DNA of 64,000 nt, taken from Perkinsus olseni (Eukaryota). Below the pieces are notes generated by a model, which ran no database searches, was not told the DNA's origin, and saw nothing but the letters and a program-made list of their open reading frames with translations. A program made the translations under genes and the position numbers. The DNA lies in contig JABANN010000104.1 in the NCBI GenBank assembly GCA_013115125.1, positions 1 through 64,000 on the forward strand, given 5' to 3'. Below are positions 24,501 to 38,918 of the stretch, piece after piece; the stretch's first letter is position 1; every line of letters starts with the position of its first letter.

Positions 24501-25745
24501 ATTTGCGATAAACATGCCGATGCCTGAGACCACAGGCCAGCATCTCGGACGGAGGGATCGATGCTGATACACTTGACATACCATTTGGTAATCGTAATGC
24601 TCTTCCATGAACGCCGTCACCGTGTCTAACCGTTGGAAGAGGTCCTGTAGACCCTCGGCAACATCCACACCCGGAGGGAATAGCTTGGACACATCGTCAG
24701 TAGTCCCAGAGCTGAGCAAGCTCATCTGCCTGATAAGACAAACAAGACACCCCTTCAGCAGGAGGCCTACCCTCCGCAAACGAATGCTGTGTGGACGTTC
24801 ATATTCATTAGCCGCTCCCCCTGCCTCTGATAGCAGACCTCACCGTGTAATCTTATTAACGTCCTCGAAAACTGCAAGCTTAGAAGAAATACTCTCAGCA
24901 GTCGCTTCTAGGCTATTGTGGTCCTAAAAAAATTTGATGAACTTTTCCTCACGCCTCTGGCGAAAGGCCCTTTCTCTACGGGGCATCGCGCTACATGTGC
25001 ATGCGTGCAAGGTCCCCTGGAGGGTCAGCTGTCCTCGTAGGGTGTCACACACTGTCACACCCAACATTACCCTCATCATTGTCTCGCAACGTTTATGTAA
25101 CTGTGTAGTCTTCTCGACGACTTGTTCACGCTCAGAGTCAACTTCGTCCAATAGCGCAACACTATCTCGCAAACTATCGTTGATATTGTCGCATGCATCC
25201 CTAATGTCCATAGCCCATTTCCATCGCTCCCGGACTGAGCAACAGAGCATTGTCAGAACAGCCCCCACAGCTGTCCCCCTTGCTACTACCCGCGGAATCC
25301 TCCTTGGATTCCTGCTGCGTCTCTAGGTGTGCATAGATCTCATAAAACTTGCCATACACGTCACGTGGGGTGGCAACGTTTTCATCATCATCATCATCAT
25401 CCTGAGGGCGCGACATGTAGAGATGTAGGACACAGGTTGAAGCGAAGAGCGCTAACGCGATTCTCAGCTTCGTTTACTACTTCGGTGCGAGCCAATCGCT
25501 TCCGATGGTCGTCGGTCATCCAATAGTTACAACGGCTAATGTCATCAGCATGACGCTCAGCCCAATGGGCTGTTATATCGTCCAAGACACGCTGCTGGTC
25601 CGAGGACAGTTTCTGACGGGGGGGGAAGGGTACTGGGTATTCGCAGTAGATGATGCTCAACGCTCACTGAATAATCTTCCTTTGGGCGCTGTCCTTTCCC
25701 AAGCTGGTGTCCCTTCGATGCTCCTTGGTCGTCAAGAGCAGCCAT
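21586..25745 (-). CDS. COG3: Conserved oligomeric Golgi complex subunit 3 (Sec34), many introns
   Basis: [12 protein letters not shown] (Sec34 domain), [51 protein letters not shown] and [14 protein letters not shown]. Ends approximate. Confidence 0.88.
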
Positions 25746-26061
25746 CAGGCATAAAACCCATACAAAAAACTACCGGCTCGAAGATACGTACGAGCCATGC
25801 TCCAGTGACGCATGAGACGATGATGGTCGAAGGCTACGACGCGAAGATAAATCATCCCCCACGCAATTGGACTCAGCCGGTGATACTGAAATGTAAGTGG
25901 TCGTATTTTATAAAGAGTTTATAAGTTATCAGTTGAGCATTCGTTAACATTTAGCAAGCCTCATCACGCGTAAGCATGCTCTCCCATCCTGCAGAGGAAG
26001 CCGTGGGAGCATCTTATGAACAATTACGATGTCTGATATACAGTGACCATGATGTCACTCA

Positions 26062-28776
26062 TCATTTAGACGGGTGCCTTCGGGTGGGTTGGATCGATAA
26101 GTTGAAGGATGGTGATGATCTTGTACTCGACATCGTCCTGATGAGACGAGGCTCCCCAATATCAGTTGATAGACGAATCATCTCACAGGGCCTCTGGCGA
26201 CCAATCAGCTCTGACTCTAGGTCTGTCCAAAACTCAGAGAAAACTGACAATGCGTAAACCAGATGATAAACGCGGAAGCCTCCGCCGTTAGTGACCCTAA
26301 TTGCCCGGTCGGAGCCACTGAGAGCGTCCTTGACCAGTTGTCGTCGAGCAGCTAGGAACGCATCCACACACTTCTGCATGGTTACATTGATATCATCTAA
26401 TGGAGGAGGGCTACCTCTCGATGCATCAGGCTTCACCATCTCCTCAACCAGACGAGATCGAGATGCCTCCAATGCTTGACTGAACTCCTTCAATGAAGGT
26501 AACAAAGGGTCCAGTATCTCCACTGCGCATCCACTGACGCGTAATGTAGTAGATACCAAAGAGTTGTGCAGTACTAGAGAATACCGGGTTAAGCGGAAGA
26601 GGTCGCTACTGTTCCTAAACACCCGCTTGGACATATCCGATATCAGCATCATACGGCCGAAAACGGCAATCTCCGCAGAAGCGTCACTTCTGCAGGGCAT
26701 GACGCTCCGTATATCTTCAAATATATGACTTCCAAACTCTTGTCGAACGTCTTGTATATCAGCAGTGCCATCTTCTGATTCCCTTGAAGCTACTAGCTGG
26801 TCCATAGCCTCCCTCACTCCCTTGCCTGCCCTCGATAAGGCATGGGCGGAGCGAAGCCTCATTTGATCTGATGCGAAGTCTGGAAAGAACATACCAGAAA
26901 CGAGAGTGCAGTAGAGTATACCACAGGTGGTCAGCCCAAGTCGCCAAGCTGCTGCTATGACCATCTCCCTTTTAGAGTCCATAGTAGACAAGGCTAGATC
27001 GAGGCATACAACATACCAAGTGTTCATGAACTGCCGACCAGCATACTCAATAGGATGATACAGACTCGCTAGTTTACCAACATAACCAACAACCATGGCC
27101 TCTACGAACACAGCAGCACGATCATGAGCATTAGCAAGCACACAGACCATACCAAGAGCAGCCCCTGCCATGGTACCAAGGACCCTCCGAGTACCTCTGA
27201 GTAGAGAAGATCCCACTGTAGGCATGAAGCACACGTAGAGGGGTACTATAGCCCATCTAGCATGATGATATACACCATCACTATACCAGCCACCAATGAT
27301 GAGGACAACCGATGCCACAACGATAGCCGCTGTAAAACGAACGGCGAACATCAATTGTGGTTGTATGCTCCGCTGCTCTTCAGTTCGATTGAAGAAAGGT
27401 TTCTTCCACCACACCTTCCAGAAGTCAGCGAAGTTTTCGAAGAGGCGATAAACGCCATGGGACTGAATGAGAAAAAGGTTGAGTAGAACAGTTGATAAGG
27501 GAGGAAACCTCATCCTTCCTCCACCTAACTACCTCCTCACTCTTCCCGAGTTTCCCCTGTCTCAGTTTCAACACTGCTTCCTTGAACTCCTCCGTCCTCA
27601 CAGCAAAGAACATGATGGAGCCAATCATGAACTGGAACCTCATGAATTCGTAGCTCTTCGGTGGTTCGAATTTCCCTTCCATGTATCCCCGCTCAGCTGC
27701 ATTATCAACGGTGAGGAGCCCAGACTCGAGACGCCTAGCTCTTGTACGGAGGTCAATATTGAGAACCTCTGGATCAGCGTCAGTGTCAAAGAGGTTACGC
27801 AGCACCGCTCCAACATCAGATCGTAGTTTGAAAATCTTACTGGCCAATGGATCCCAGTAGTGCTCCATGATGAAGTCAGAGTAACATCCTCGTAATCCAA
27901 CTTGCCGCAATGAGAACAGGAAGCCGGCCATCTGCCAAGCAGGACCATAGAGCTCCTTGGGCCCTCCTCCGCCAGTTATACCGATACAGGCTTCCACGAA
28001 ATCCTCGCAGGTGGACTCGACAATCTTATGCTGTTTTTTACCGGAGTTGGCGTAGGATGTGAGCACGTCATAGAAGTCTGCAGCTTGGTAGCTGAACTCC
28101 TCGAAGGGAGGCAAGCCTGGACTCGGAAGCCAATGCAGGAGCTTCAGCAGTGTAATCAATATGAATGAGACTAATATACCCACAGTACCAGATACAGCAT
28201 ACACTATGTCCTCACCGTAGGGACTGACAGTGAAGAATTCAGTAGGTATCGAAGAGACGATCAGAGCGTGTTGACCGAGGAACACGTCACTCAACTTGCA
28301 TCCAGCTTGCCCGCGTGCCATACAGAACATGAAAGTGCATGGCAGTTGTAGGAACACTGCCCATAACCTGGGGTACTCTTCAGGTTTGCCGACAGTACCG
28401 CTCATGACCGATATCAGGTAATGTACCAGAGCCCCTGTGGTAGCACCGATCCATACCCCTGTGATAGCCCTCCGTGAGAAGCTCTTGCAGAATTGATAAT
28501 TGAAGTCCGATGCGACCGCTGCCCAGATTGGTCCCAGAATCTAACAAGAATACCGATACCAGCTCTGCACCCAAATCAACGCGACGCGAGACAAACGTAT
28601 CACTGGTCACGATCGAGGGCAGCAGTAGAAAGCATTACCATGTGAGGTATGTACCAAGCGCCCCTTGGTGCTACATACATGGGTATCAGACAGATAGCCA
28701 CGGGTAATAAGGTGAATAGGGCCAGCAGCAACTTATACCGGGACACAACGTATTGAGATTTCCGCGGGTAGGACAT
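26062..28776 (-). CDS. Aromatic acid exporter / ALMT / FUSC-like membrane transporter
   Basis: Two TM bundles each followed by a helical soluble domain. Motif FAVRFTAAIVVA...RWAIVPLYVCFMPTVGSSLLRGTRRVLGTMAGA. The two long ORFs join through a phase-0 46-nt intron near 27465-27510. Confidence 0.75.
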
Positions 28777-28971
28777 GTTTGTTGATAAGGTTGGTGAAAG
28801 GAGTAGCAATCATAGAAATACTGTAGGTAGCTGAAATGGCACTCACCCATCACAAGCATTTCTAGCTACCACGATTATGAATACTAACATGATGGCAAGT
28901 TGCCATTGGCAACAATGATGGCCTTAACGCAATACAACTCTGTCTTTAAGAAACTGTCACGGAACTCGCTG

Positions 28972-31137
28972 CTAGAAACCAGATGAGGCAGAGTTGTCAG
29001 TACCACCACCGCCGCCGCGGCTTCCCCCGTCCCATATGGGGATTTGGGTATCCAAAAATATGAAATCCTCAGCCGATTTCACCCACTGGTATGCATGAGT
29101 AATTACACTCGTTGGTGTCCCTCGGGGTACCGTCAAGTACATATGGAAATCTTCTGTCCACCAAACCAAGAAGCATTCATACGTTGTGCAGAGACAAACC
29201 TGGCAATAATGCTCATCTTCGTTGGTTACGTTGTGACCTCACCTGCTGTGGGAGTAGCATGCTCTGTCCAGCCGCCATCCTACCACTAGTTTTCTCCCTT
29301 GATCGCATTACTTCAACACACTGTGCGTAGCGAGTATGTATCTACCTCATGTATTGATAGAGTAGCACCTGAGCAGTAATAGTAGTAGTACCTCTTTGAC
29401 TAAGTGCCCACGGGATATCCCATCGACATTGTAATCCACCTTCGATGAGAATAGTTGAGACGATGCAGGGAGGTACATTGCCACATGTATCACCTAAATA
29501 TAACCAGCAGTACTGGCCACTCGACAGATAGACCCGACCAACCTTCTCTAGTATCTTAATCCCTTCAGGTGCCGGAGTGTATCGCCTTGACTCCAATGGT
29601 TGATCTCCCAACGTCTGCAGGAGCGCGGGGTCGTTAGCGATACTGATCGGGGCCGCATCCGAGGCTGCTTGGACTTCGTTCACGATACCAACAGGAGTAA
29701 GCATACGCGACACATGATCTGCAGCCCGTTGACAGGAGTAGAAGGCATCCTGGTCAGGACTCGCACATAGGAATACAATAAATACATCACCACACAATCT
29801 CTGGACATAAGAGTACACGAACACTTCCCGGTCAAGACCAGCGGGTAAACAAACAGGAGACCTGACAGAAAGTGCGTCACATGCCACGGGAAGTGGAGGT
29901 AGTAAGACCTCACCAACAGGATCCTGATCTCAGAGACCCAGATGCGATGGTTAGGTTGATGAATGTCGGCATATCACAGGGCTTCAATAACTTAGACGGG
30001 CCAGATACCATAGCTGAGAGCGGGACAGATATGGGGACACCAGTAGGTGAATGGACCGAGGTCCATTGGGGATGTAGATGGCAATACTCACCTGCCACTC
30101 GATGACCCCCCAGTATCATAGCAGCAAAACAATGGGGCGTGAGTGATCCATTAGGTCTTAGCCCCAGCAATGTGTTAATAAGCTTATCTCTCGTCTCTCG
30201 GTGCAGTGGCAGAGGCTCGAAGCAGGATAGGTCTGAGGAGCGCTCTCCAGTGCGGAATGTCGACGCTGAGGCTCGCTGCTACTACCTTCACAGAGAGTTA
30301 TCACATCACGCTCGCTCCATCGAATGATATTCGCCAGTACACTCTCTGTGCCACCGAGCAGTGCTCGCACATCGTAGCTGGGCCGCTCCAACAGCATGGT
30401 TTCAACACGAGAAGTTAACACTGTTATCAACTACAGAAGGGAGGCAAATTGGCCATAAGTAAGTAGAACACCTCTATCATACCTACCTGCCTGTATACAG
30501 CATTCAGCATTGACCTTAACTGTGCTAGAGGTACTACTGGCAAAGGGGCCTGCTTCTTATTACCAGCCGTGCGGCCCTTACAGATTGCTACCAGCCATAG
30601 GGGCGTTCGATCTAGGAACACGAACCTATGCCACACCTTCTTCGTGCCCTATGAATAAGCTCTCATCTCACCGTGTGCCACCAGAGGTCGTTATGCACCG
30701 CAAAGAGTCGTCACTAGCACCTCCCGACATCTGATAAAACTGCCCAAACTTGGAGACTATGGCTGCCAATGCACCGCAGAAGGCGGACACCCCATCCGGT
30801 GAGCCATACCGTGTGTAAACGGGCTTTCCTGAGGAATCCAGCATGACCATAGCGGACATGCTCGATCTACTGCCTTACCACTGTATGTAAAGACGATCAC
30901 ATGCATTCGATGTTTCCGGAACCAACTCCCAAGTGGGCCATCGTCAGCGCTTTCATTCACGTATCGCTTAGTCTTAACAGATAGCGTAGTTTGCTCCTCT
31001 GAGCTCGCCAACAACGGCCCTTGGGCTTTGTCGACCACAACGGGCGCTGCTCTGGGCGACGCAGACGGTGAGGACAGAGGCTCCCTTGCGCCATCCAGTA
31101 CCTCCCCCTGCTGTTGCTGGGAGTCGAGTGGTGACAT
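28972..31137 (-). CDS. MON1: Vacuolar fusion protein Mon1/SAND (Rab7 GEF subunit)
   Basis: WFRKHRMHVIVFTYS|GKPVYTRYG, FVFLDRTPLWLVAI, PSYDVRALLGGTE and SPVCLP...VYSYV motifs of the Mon1 longin domains. Confidence 0.88.
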
Positions 31138-31499
31138 AACAAGAGTGTGAACAAAAACGTGCCGGAGAGAGTAGCATACGAGGTGTCATAGTGAAATGAA
31201 CAGATGAGGGTAACCGATGCTGCATACCCTATTGTCCGGTACGATACAGATGGTTGATGATGAGCATCACTTAACTCAACAGCAGGAAAGTCGACGAACA
31301 TCAAAGTGGGAGGTTAACATGGTGAGCGATGGAAGTACCCGACATGATAACCAAGATGATAATGACGATCGTGCATGGGCTACCACAAACATCGATAGTA
31401 TGAATAAACATAGCCATAGTAGTGATATAGTATTACAGAACTTCTCAAGTACTTATCATTACAAGTTATGATCAATAGTTACACCCGTCGTAGTCTATT

Positions 31500-33542
31500 T
31501 AAACTTAGACAGTAGTGGTGCTCTAAGGAGGTCCGCGATGTAGTGCACGGTCCACCCTAGCCTCTTCGTTACGATCCAACATGTCCATTATACGACGCTC
31601 CCTGAAGGTGATGTGTACTATTCCACAGCATTTGGGATCATGACCTACTTCTCATTCAGTTCTCTCATGCCATCACCGCTATCATGAGTCCCTTTAGATG
31701 CTGGCTTCAGCAGATGGAGGGGCCAGCGACCTGATAAGGTAGTACTCGGAGTGTGTGTGTGGCCATGGACGATAGTACCATCAGCCAGTCGGGATCGATT
31801 GCCACCCTTCTGCGGTTGGAGCAAGCGTAACTATAGAGGCAGCCTGAGCGAGGCAGCGAGTACATCTTACTACCCTTCCAGCATTAACCAGGACTGGTTT
31901 TTTGCTAGTCGGTAATGTAACGGGGTTAGCCTTGCTGTGCCGAATACCACCAGCAAGTGGCCGCCTCTTCCTCCCTGACAACATGGTCCGAGCAACAGCC
32001 TAATTCTGGAATCCCGCTCACCTTTCCGAGCAGTCGCCCCTGCTGATGGCGGAGGGGGAGCAACATTCTCCCCAAATCGTCGCATCCTCTGCGGGCCATC
32101 CACGAGATATCGTCTGAAGTAGGCACGGGATTGAATTTACCACGACATGGCTGTTGCGTACCGGCATAGCTCCTTCATAGTATCCTCTATTGGCACGTTA
32201 TGTGGAGGCCTGCTCAAGCCCATCCGTGCCACATTACATAAGAACGTTCGGAACTGTTGCTCAGCGAGACATCTAGCCCCTTTACATGCATGCCGGAAGC
32301 ACTCCAACACCTCTTCTCGATTCACCTGAGGTGGGACCAGTGAGCTGGTGGTTACTCAAAACCACACTACCAAGTGAGGCACTAGAGCTAAGTCCTTCGA
32401 CATCTTCCATACTCCAGCGAATGGTAGTTGATGCTTAGCTGCCTCGATGACTTCGAAGGTCCCTATTGATAGTGTGACCCTCTTGTGCAAACGGAAGCTT
32501 GTTGTACTACCCTCAACGGTGTTGTGTGGTATATATACATTCTTCAAAGCATAGAAATGGAAGGTGTCAGCTATGGCTCTATTATACTTCAGTTCATCCA
32601 CTGTAGGTGGGGCAGCAGCCAACGGTAGCATAGACGCCAGAACGAGGGCAGAGGAAGATTGATCCTGGCAGCCGAAGGATCAATGGGGGTGAGAATAAGC
32701 GACTGCTACTACCATATACATATTGCTTTCAGGTCGCATGCCGAGCTCACCCGCCGCTCTATGCAACGTATTCAACACTGCACGGGTCTGAGAACAACGA
32801 GCATCACGCACGGTGACGCTGGCTCCTCCTCGACCTCACATGGCCAGCAGTTCTTGTATCACTGGGATACTCAGTCAGGATACTTTGATAATTATCAATC
32901 GCTTCACGTACTACTGCAGCGATGTCCGCATTATCGCTCGGATCGTCTCCGTTCTCCCTCTGAGTGTAGGAAATCGCGAGGATTCGATGAGCCTTCTGAC
33001 TACATCAGCAGCGACTAAAGCTCCCCGATAGCTGTTAGGTGGTGATCCAGTGCGAGAGGAGCCGTTCGCAGCTTTATTACGATTCTCATTCGATCGCCCA
33101 ATACCAGCCTGTGAGAGACGCATGGCTGACGGAAAGATCTCTTCACTTACTGCACTGTCGGGCTTATCCCGGGCTGATGTTAGAGGAGAAGACTTGATAG
33201 AGGGTACAACCGGTGCAGAGTGGTCTGAAGGTCATCGTATGAAATTGTTGGTGATGGAAAACTCCATTGAACAGCTCGACCAGATAACAGGACAAAAGTG
33301 CCTCAGTTAGAGCTTCACTAAGGCACCCAATTAGCACCAACTATCTTACCCCCCGCAGCCGCCACTTCAACGTCTGTGGCAGCCTCTTGGGAAGCCTCTC
33401 CACCCCCAACATGCGTCTCCTCTATTTGTTTCTCATCCAGTGTAGCGTCACTATCATCGGTCCCGTTAGCAGTCTGTGATGGGTCATCCTCTTCTTGTTG
33501 CAGTTGTGGCTTATCGCCGTCGTCGTCCTCTTCTGCTGACAT
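31500..33542 (-). CDS. Hypothetical protein (acidic N-terminus, degenerate EF-hand-like helical region)
   Basis: Spliceable minus-strand fragments such as IADTFHFYALKN, FAGVWKMSKDLALVP and QFRTFLCNVARMG. Boundaries uncertain; may join the upstream model. Confidence 0.35.
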
Positions 33543-33765
33543 GACTACTGCCTACTCAGGATAACTACAATACAGGAGAACCCTTCAGCTCATCTCATGT
33601 CAACACAAAGCAAGAGGCATGAGAGTAAAATACACCTGATGTGACAGCGGCATGTTAAACATGTAGGACAACTGCTAACGACCAAGAGGACGGAAGGACG
33701 AAGCCAAGTATTGCACTGGTACGAGAGTTTAACACGACAGCAACAAGGAGAGGGTGGACGGATGG

Positions 33766-35065
33766 TTAACCCAGATTGATATGTGCATCATCCGGGCGGA
33801 TCGACTGGTGAACCATGTAGAGCATCAACCTAGCGATTCTTGCACGGACATAGCCAAAGAACCACTTCTCGAGGAAGGAGGGCTGAAACGGATGGAACCA
33901 GGCTCCTGACAAGCTGCACTTCAAGGAGCAATACCTGTCTCTATCTTCTGGGCTATACCCTGCAATACTCCGCCGGATAATATCTGCTACTAAATCATGT
34001 GCTACAACCCCTTGGGAAGAAGCCGACGTATCGGCTATGGACACCATCAAGGCATCCACGGCCGCCACAGCTATTTCCCTATTATCCTCGCATACTCCAG
34101 CGCTGCCACAGTCAAATGTATTCTGCCCCGGCTGCTGGTTGAGGTGAGGAGTACAACCTACGTTGGGTACGCTACCGGCGGCTCCTGAGCTCCTCGATGG
34201 CCCTACTACTCTCAATAGACTTCACATCTGATGCATTGTCACTGTCGCCGGACGACGGTGCGAAGTTGCATATAATCTCTATCTTAGGTGATATTGTAAC
34301 CTCTTCATGGGTCGATCTCTCCAATTCGCTGACAAATCTCCAAGCATCAAAGCGACACTAGCTGGGCCACGGAGTATTACCAAGTGAGGTTATCAACGAG
34401 TGACTTAAGCCGCTTTTGTTCCTCCAAGGCCACACGCAGCTGCTCTCTCAAATCTGCCTCAACTCGACTGACGTCATTCTCGATAGACCTACTGGCCGTA
34501 TCAGCCACAGCCTTCAACAACTACTCCCATCCCGATAATACCTCGCGTGCTCTAGCCTCTGCCTCATGGAAGATGATAACGATTGCTGAGAAGCATTTCC
34601 CCCTGCAGCATCATCTCGTAGCGTATCATCATCATCATCATCTTCACAACGTGATGCGGCCTCGAGCGCTTCTTCAATCTTGTTGGAAGCTTGCTGTTCA
34701 CTCTGCACGCACGATAACGATGACAAGCCAGTTAACTATGATACCTCCGAGACAGCTGATAATAACACGGCTTGAGGGCTCTCCTGGTCCGTCGAGTCTA
34801 TGCAGTGCGATGGATCAGCGAGCGTTTCCTGCAGTTAGCACGTTCCATGATATGCGAAATGTGGACACAGCCCAACTACTCGGTTTTGCTGCTGCTGCTG
34901 CTGCCACAGTGATTTCTTGCCGGCTGCGGTCTTGATGAGGGAAATAAGGCCCGACACTCCAAGCTAGATCAAGGCCAGGTGACTATGGTATCACGATTGT
35001 TATCGCTGTCCCACCTTGATCCGTAAATTACCATCGGACGCTTCACCATCGGGGATATTCGCCAT
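33766..35065 (-). CDS. Hypothetical coiled-coil protein
   Basis: Minus-strand ORF fragments with GT-AG introns and low-complexity acidic or Gln runs. No family recognised. Confidence 0.3.
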
Positions 35066-35139
35066 CTTTTTCCGCACGTGCGTTTCCCTAGTAGCACACA
35101 AAAACCCCTCCCTCCCCCCTCCTTCATGAACCCTCTACA

Positions 35140-37503
35140 CTACAATGTTTCACTGACAGCTGCAATGAAGATATCAATCTCCTTTCCAAGTTCCAGCTTG
35201 GCCATGTCCGGTACAATGAACCTGCGCCTCCAGGCTATCTAAAAGCTAGTGATGCATCATGTACGATGTCCTACCTCAGACCGTCTGTGAATCGAGGCTC
35301 CCGTGCTAGAGGTGGATCGGGTGCGAATCCCAGCAGGTGCCGTATAAAGACCCCCTGATACCTAACTTCCGATCCCTATCCTTGTAGGACACCATATCAC
35401 ACTACCTTCGGAACGCGGCCTCTGGTACAGTAGAAAAGACCGAGTCGGCATTGCTACGTAGCTTTTCGTATCTGGTGATGGCAATAGGCGCCTCCGCCTC
35501 ACGCCTCTACGGCTAGGCCCTACATCTGTAGAATGAAGGAAGCCAGACGAGGATCTGAGCTGCTCCGGAACTTGAGCTGTTCGTACAATGGTGGTGACCT
35601 CGACGGTGTCTTGAACCGCCCAACAGGGTCGAGGTAAAAACTGTAGAATGGTGGATATGTGACGTAACAGGGAGCGCCAAGAGCAACGGGGTATCCCAGC
35701 ACATTCATGAGAGGTCGTCAATGATGCTGCTACGAGCTCAAACGAGTGGCCCCATGGTACTCTCTCATCCCCCTCTTTTGCAGCTTTATCTCCAACCCCT
35801 CATCCATCACTTTCGACGGAGGCGAAACTGCCCGCGACAGACCCACTCTACCCAATGCTTTGCTCCCTGGGACCCTGTTCGCCAGCTGATCGAGGATTGG
35901 TAATTCATCAACTCCAAGGCAGTGTTCTTATCCCCACCCCCATTCCATTGCCGTATGCCTCTCTCGAAGATCCAGTGGCGCTCTTCACCCTATCCCTCCG
36001 CTTCTCTCCATCCCTCATAGCCTTCAGCTTCATTCGGTGTTTCATATATGCTCCCTCCAATTCATACTCCTGATGAGCACGCCCGTTGATGATGTTGATT
36101 CCATAGTAACTGCTCACCTTCAGACTGAACGGAAAGTTAAAGGCATCCGGGTAGCGCTGGGCTATCACCAGGGGCGAGCTCCCCGATAGTGATACATTCC
36201 GTGAGGGTCGTTGGAAAAACTCCTTACGCCTAGGAGCAGAGTGCGGATGACAAGTGCCAATGATTGTCAATGTTGCATAACCCACTCTACTACTTCGCTC
36301 TGTAGTCACTAAAAGCATTCCAGTAGCCTGCCTCGTCAAGATTGCATAGTATGGGCCGAGATGCATCGATGCTATCTAACCCTCCCTTCTTTGATGTACC
36401 TCCATACCATGCAATACTCGGCAGACGCTAAGCAACACCTACGGTGGTTACCAGCTCGGCCGTCCAATTGCAGAGCCGTCCTCCAGTAGTTCATCATTGT
36501 GAACAAAGGAGGAACTGACACCAACCTCCTTACTCAACCAAAGACTCATGACGCGCCCACTTTCATGATAACACAACACCCTCTCCGAGGAATAATGCAA
36601 ACTACCGTGCATGTAGTTTTCCACGGTACGCAATTATATCCTTCACTGACGAAGAAACTAGAACGCCTCATCTTCGAAGAACTCTCTATTGAACCTAACC
36701 AAATACACTAGCAGCGACTCCCTCTTAAGAGACTGGATACCTCTCTTGGAGAGGTGTGCTGCTCCTACTAGACCGGAATGAGGACCTTCTAGACTCATCA
36801 TAGAGGCCCATGTCTTTGATAACTGCCTTCAGTTCATCATCCACAATTATGTCATTATAATCATGTATAACAACCTCCTTACGACAGAGTGGGCACTTGA
36901 AGCCGTTACTCTGATTATGAGTAACCATATCGATAACATGCTTACGGCATACATGATGACCACAATGGCAAACATCCACGGGCCGTACCAATACCTGCAC
37001 CCGTCCTACCAACCAACGTCAATCACAGCAGAACAGCTCACCTCGCAACATACTGGACAATTGAAATCCTCCTTGGTGGACTCTTGAGTAGGCAGTAGAG
37101 GTACTGATGAGCCTCTGGATGACATAGTACTCACTGGAGAGCCGTCATCCTGCAACACACCATGCCGTCTCGTTGAGGAGACGGATCTATCTACCTTCGC
37201 ATCAACGCCAACAGTCAAGTCGATGGGTGCCTCGTCCAAAGGCTTGGTATACAGCACCAGGGAAGCAGGTGACGATACATTATCATCGTTATCATCGTCA
37301 CTGATATCTTCCACCACACCATGCTTGGACATCTTACGAGTGGCGTCTCTCTGTCGTTCTATCGTGTTGGGCGTAATAGCCGCAGAACGCACCCTTTTGC
37401 CGCGTACCGCTGGTGATAGGGCACCGTCAGCAGCCGAAGGCACATCGTCCGCATAGGACGCCACAGCAGGAGACCGAGGAATGGCAGGAGAATCAGCACC
37501 CAT
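35140..37503 (-). CDS. RING finger protein (multi-exon)
   Basis: EDFNCPVCCE|VLVRPVDVCHCGHHVCRKHV...FKCPLCR, a RING-type ligand pattern after a disordered N-terminus MGADSPAIPRSP. The 3' extent is uncertain. Confidence 0.6.
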
Positions 37504-37577
37504 AGCAAAACAACAAGTTCTGACCAAGATCGACGGCTGTCTCACGGCTGTTCTTCTGATGCGCCGTAGAGCAGAAG

Positions 37578-37592
37578 AAATCTCGCTCGCCC
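37578..37592. promoter_or_regulatory. Candidate promoter motif AAATCTCGCTCGCCC (copy 1)
   Basis: The exact 15-mer is repeated at 40136-40150. This copy lies about 75 bp upstream of the RING gene ATG. Confidence 0.4.
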
Positions 37593-37721
37593 TAAAATAG
37601 GACGTTTCCCGCGAACGGTCCGCCCTTTTAATCCAAATTAATTCAAGTCTGAGATCTACGACGCTGAGAAACATGAATTAAGGTTGGCGATGAATGTAAT
37701 TGGACTGATTTTGGAAGGTGA

Positions 37722-38894
37722 TCAAGTATCCGCTTTAATGAAGAGCTTTCGATACCAATTCGTAACGGCTTCAGGTGGGCCATGGTATAGGGCGAGTGCT
37801 GTCTCAAAGGCAATAAGGATTATGATAATCTTCTCTAATCTATTAGAGTGCCTGATCATCGACAAGACAATCTGTCGTAACGCTTGTACCGTTGGAGCTG
37901 ACCTGTGGCGCACATGCTCCCCAAAAGCAGCCATGAAATCGGAATGATATGATAGTCTTAGGTTTAGCAACCCAATACGCCGCTTCAGGTCGAAGTTGTT
38001 CACAACTTGCTCGAACAATCTCTCGGAGCTAAAGCAGTGGAAGCGATCGGAAATGTATCACGTAGCGTGTACCGCTGCTACCTACCCATCAAACTCCCAT
38101 AGTATCTCCGGGACGTCTAGTAAATCAGCCTCACCTAAATTGAGTTGGTACCTGGGAGTAGTCACAGTTCCATCTTAACCCATCATTAGCATTTGCGCGG
38201 TACCGTAGTGAATGGAGGACTCTCTCCGATTTGAAGATCTCATCCGATACCGAATTGAGATGCCAGCTGCGTAGATTAGCAGCTAAGGTGTTCATCTCGG
38301 AATGCTTTGCCTGAGGTAGCTTCGAGTAATTCACATCATGCCGTCGGCGGCCTCCTCACTTTCAGAAAGCGTTCGATCTTCGCCTCGACTACATTAAGTC
38401 TACTTGCCGAGGCCAAGGCGAGGGACGCGACCAGCATCTCACTCGATCGCTGAGTGTCTTGTGGTGTGATGTAGAGTACCTGTACATCATGTAGGACCAC
38501 TCTTGTAGACCCCATCCACCTACACCATCCACAACTTTGCTCTCTATTTTCACTGGTAGATGCCGCCGTGTGGCCGCTTTCTTGAGGCTCGACTTCCTCA
38601 GTAAATGGGGGGAAGCAGCCGTCGTTGTCATCACACTACTCTGTGCACCCCTCCCGTCAATGGACGCGTCTCTTGCATCCATCTGCTCGACTGCCATCAC
38701 CTCCTCGCTCAAACCTGCACTTCAACTACTACATTTACTCCCCAAGATTCCCAACATTCCATGCGTTGATTGATCATTTTTTCAACGGTACTAACCACAA
38801 TCGTATCACTACCTCTGGCCGAGGATAGGGACGGGTCAGGACGGGTGACGTCGGTGGGCTGCAAGTCGTCCTCCTCCTCCCGTCGCCTGAGCAT
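37722..38894 (-). CDS. Hypothetical protein
   Basis: Spliceable minus-strand ORF fragments ending ...WYRKLFIKADT*. Confidence 0.35.
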
Positions 38895-38918
38895 GATGAT
38901 CACTTCTCATGGGTGTCT

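Noticed and set aside
25680-25752. [22 protein letters not shown] frame, suggesting TGA readthrough or selenocysteine at the COG3 N-terminus
   Set aside because: The ATG at 25745 gives an open exon that splices in phase to the next COG3 exon. No SECIS evidence.
27425-27513. Overlapping long ORFs in different frames, suggesting a programmed frameshift
   Set aside because: A phase-0 46-nt GT-AG intron joins them cleanly.
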